Source: Moniliella sp. 'wahieum' (Eukaryota). Taken from it: a stretch of 64,000 bases of DNA. Shown here one piece after another: positions 62,983 to 64,000 of this stretch; position 1 is the stretch's first letter; each line of letters starts with the position of its first letter. Made by a program: the position numbers and the translations under genes. The notes under the pieces were generated by a model. It searched no databases. It worked only from the letters and a program-made list of their open reading frames with translations, and was not told the origin of the DNA. The DNA lies in assembly GCA_003971905.1 (NCBI GenBank), contig RSEE01000023.1:310001-374000 (forward strand), read 5' to 3'.

Positions 62983-63564
62983 CCTTGCGACCACTCACGC
63001 CCCTGGCCCGCATATTACCCTGCTTTTGGGATTCTATATACCCTGTCGTATTCACCAAATATATGGCAGGAGCTGCCGCTGTCATATTGAGCGGTTTCTT
63101 TATCTCTAATACTCTATCGGAAGAGACAATATATCAACCCACTGCATTGGAAAACAGGGAACCTACCCCCCAAGGGAAAGATGGGCCAAAACCCTCTGGC
63201 GCGCCTGGGGGAAGAAATTTTCGGGGTGAGGGAGGCGGGGAGTGCGCGTAGCACAGCCTCAGACAGGCTCCCCGACCAGTCTTCGCCTCTGAGAGACCTG
63301 AGATGTGAGAATCGCACCGTCGTTGACTCTTTTATTATTGTGGCCATCTTCATGTTTTCGTGTATCGGTGCCACCACTCTGATGCTCGGGTTTTTGTACT
63401 CTAAGTTCTTCATAAGGGGTTTCTACTCAGTACGTACTTTCATTCTCGCCTGTAAGCTTCTGTGTATCGGAGTGGATCTGAGGTCTGTGCCGATAAACTA
63501 GTACTACACAACTATGAGCTCCTGCTGTAGCCCATATCACATCCGATCAGTATGTCCTAGTGGC

Positions 63565-63750
63565 GTGACGCGTGACGTCTGATGAAGCAAGTTGCATGTG
63601 ATGCACATGATGGAACCCGTCCATGTGCAGGACCATCGATCATCGACCCGTCCTCAGGACTGAGTGTACTCAGGGTACTAGCTGTACTCCAGCTGAGGCC
63701 CTGAGGCCTGAGGCTCAGCCGGAGCAGAGATCTCAGACTGAGAGCTACCA
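63565..63750. repeat. T-N-A palindrome cluster downstream of the DHA1 gene
   Basis: gtgacgcgtgacg, catcgatcatcga, tgaggccctgaggcctgaggctca, agagatctcagactgaga. Confidence 0.85.
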
Positions 63751-64000
63751 GCTGTTGCTCCGGCGTGGCAACCATGTGATGTTGTGATATACCGATGATA
63801 TGATGGGTGCGGTATATGTGACACTACGCCATGCGTCTTGCACTTGTGTGACAAAAGCGAATGTGGTTAGTGGGGCCTGGGGGGCACAGATAACATACGG
63901 CACACCCGCCGACGAGAGACGAGGCGGAGCACAAGGGGCAACAGGCATAGCATGTAACATGGTAACATGGGGCAAGAGCACTGTTACCATGTAAGGCCTA

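Noticed and set aside
63181..63501. 106-aa ORF with a hydrophobic segment
   Set aside because: No family motif or supporting gene structure.

Overview
Eukaryotic, fungal genomic DNA, most likely an intron-poor basidiomycete: short GTAYGT...CTRAC...YAG introns, intron-containing tRNA-Gly/Ile, and CRE/Cnl1-type retroelement relics. Recognisable genes are GPD1, an STL1-like glycerol/sugar symporter, tripeptidyl-peptidase II, a fructosyl-amine/saccharopine oxidase paired divergently with an UNC-93-like MFS transporter, a Sec7-PH ARF-GEF, a Nup159-C-terminus-like protein, a DUSP-USP deubiquitinase, FMP27/Hobbit, MOG1, a DHA1 MFS transporter, two single-pass membrane proteins and two tRNAs. Almost every CDS is broken by 1-2 nt indels, often in homopolymers. 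This is best read as long-read assembly error, so gene ends are approximate. The 13-kb gap between GPD1 and STL1 holds retroelement fragments and a possible decayed RasGEF. The most unusual signal is an intergenic sequence 'grammar' seen throughout the window: hexameric palindromes A-NNNN-T joined through one spacer base (T-N-A junctions) into 7-bp-period arrays. Twelve different palindromes are used, and different palindromes are often joined in exact register. All family assignments are by eye from remembered motifs; no searches were run.
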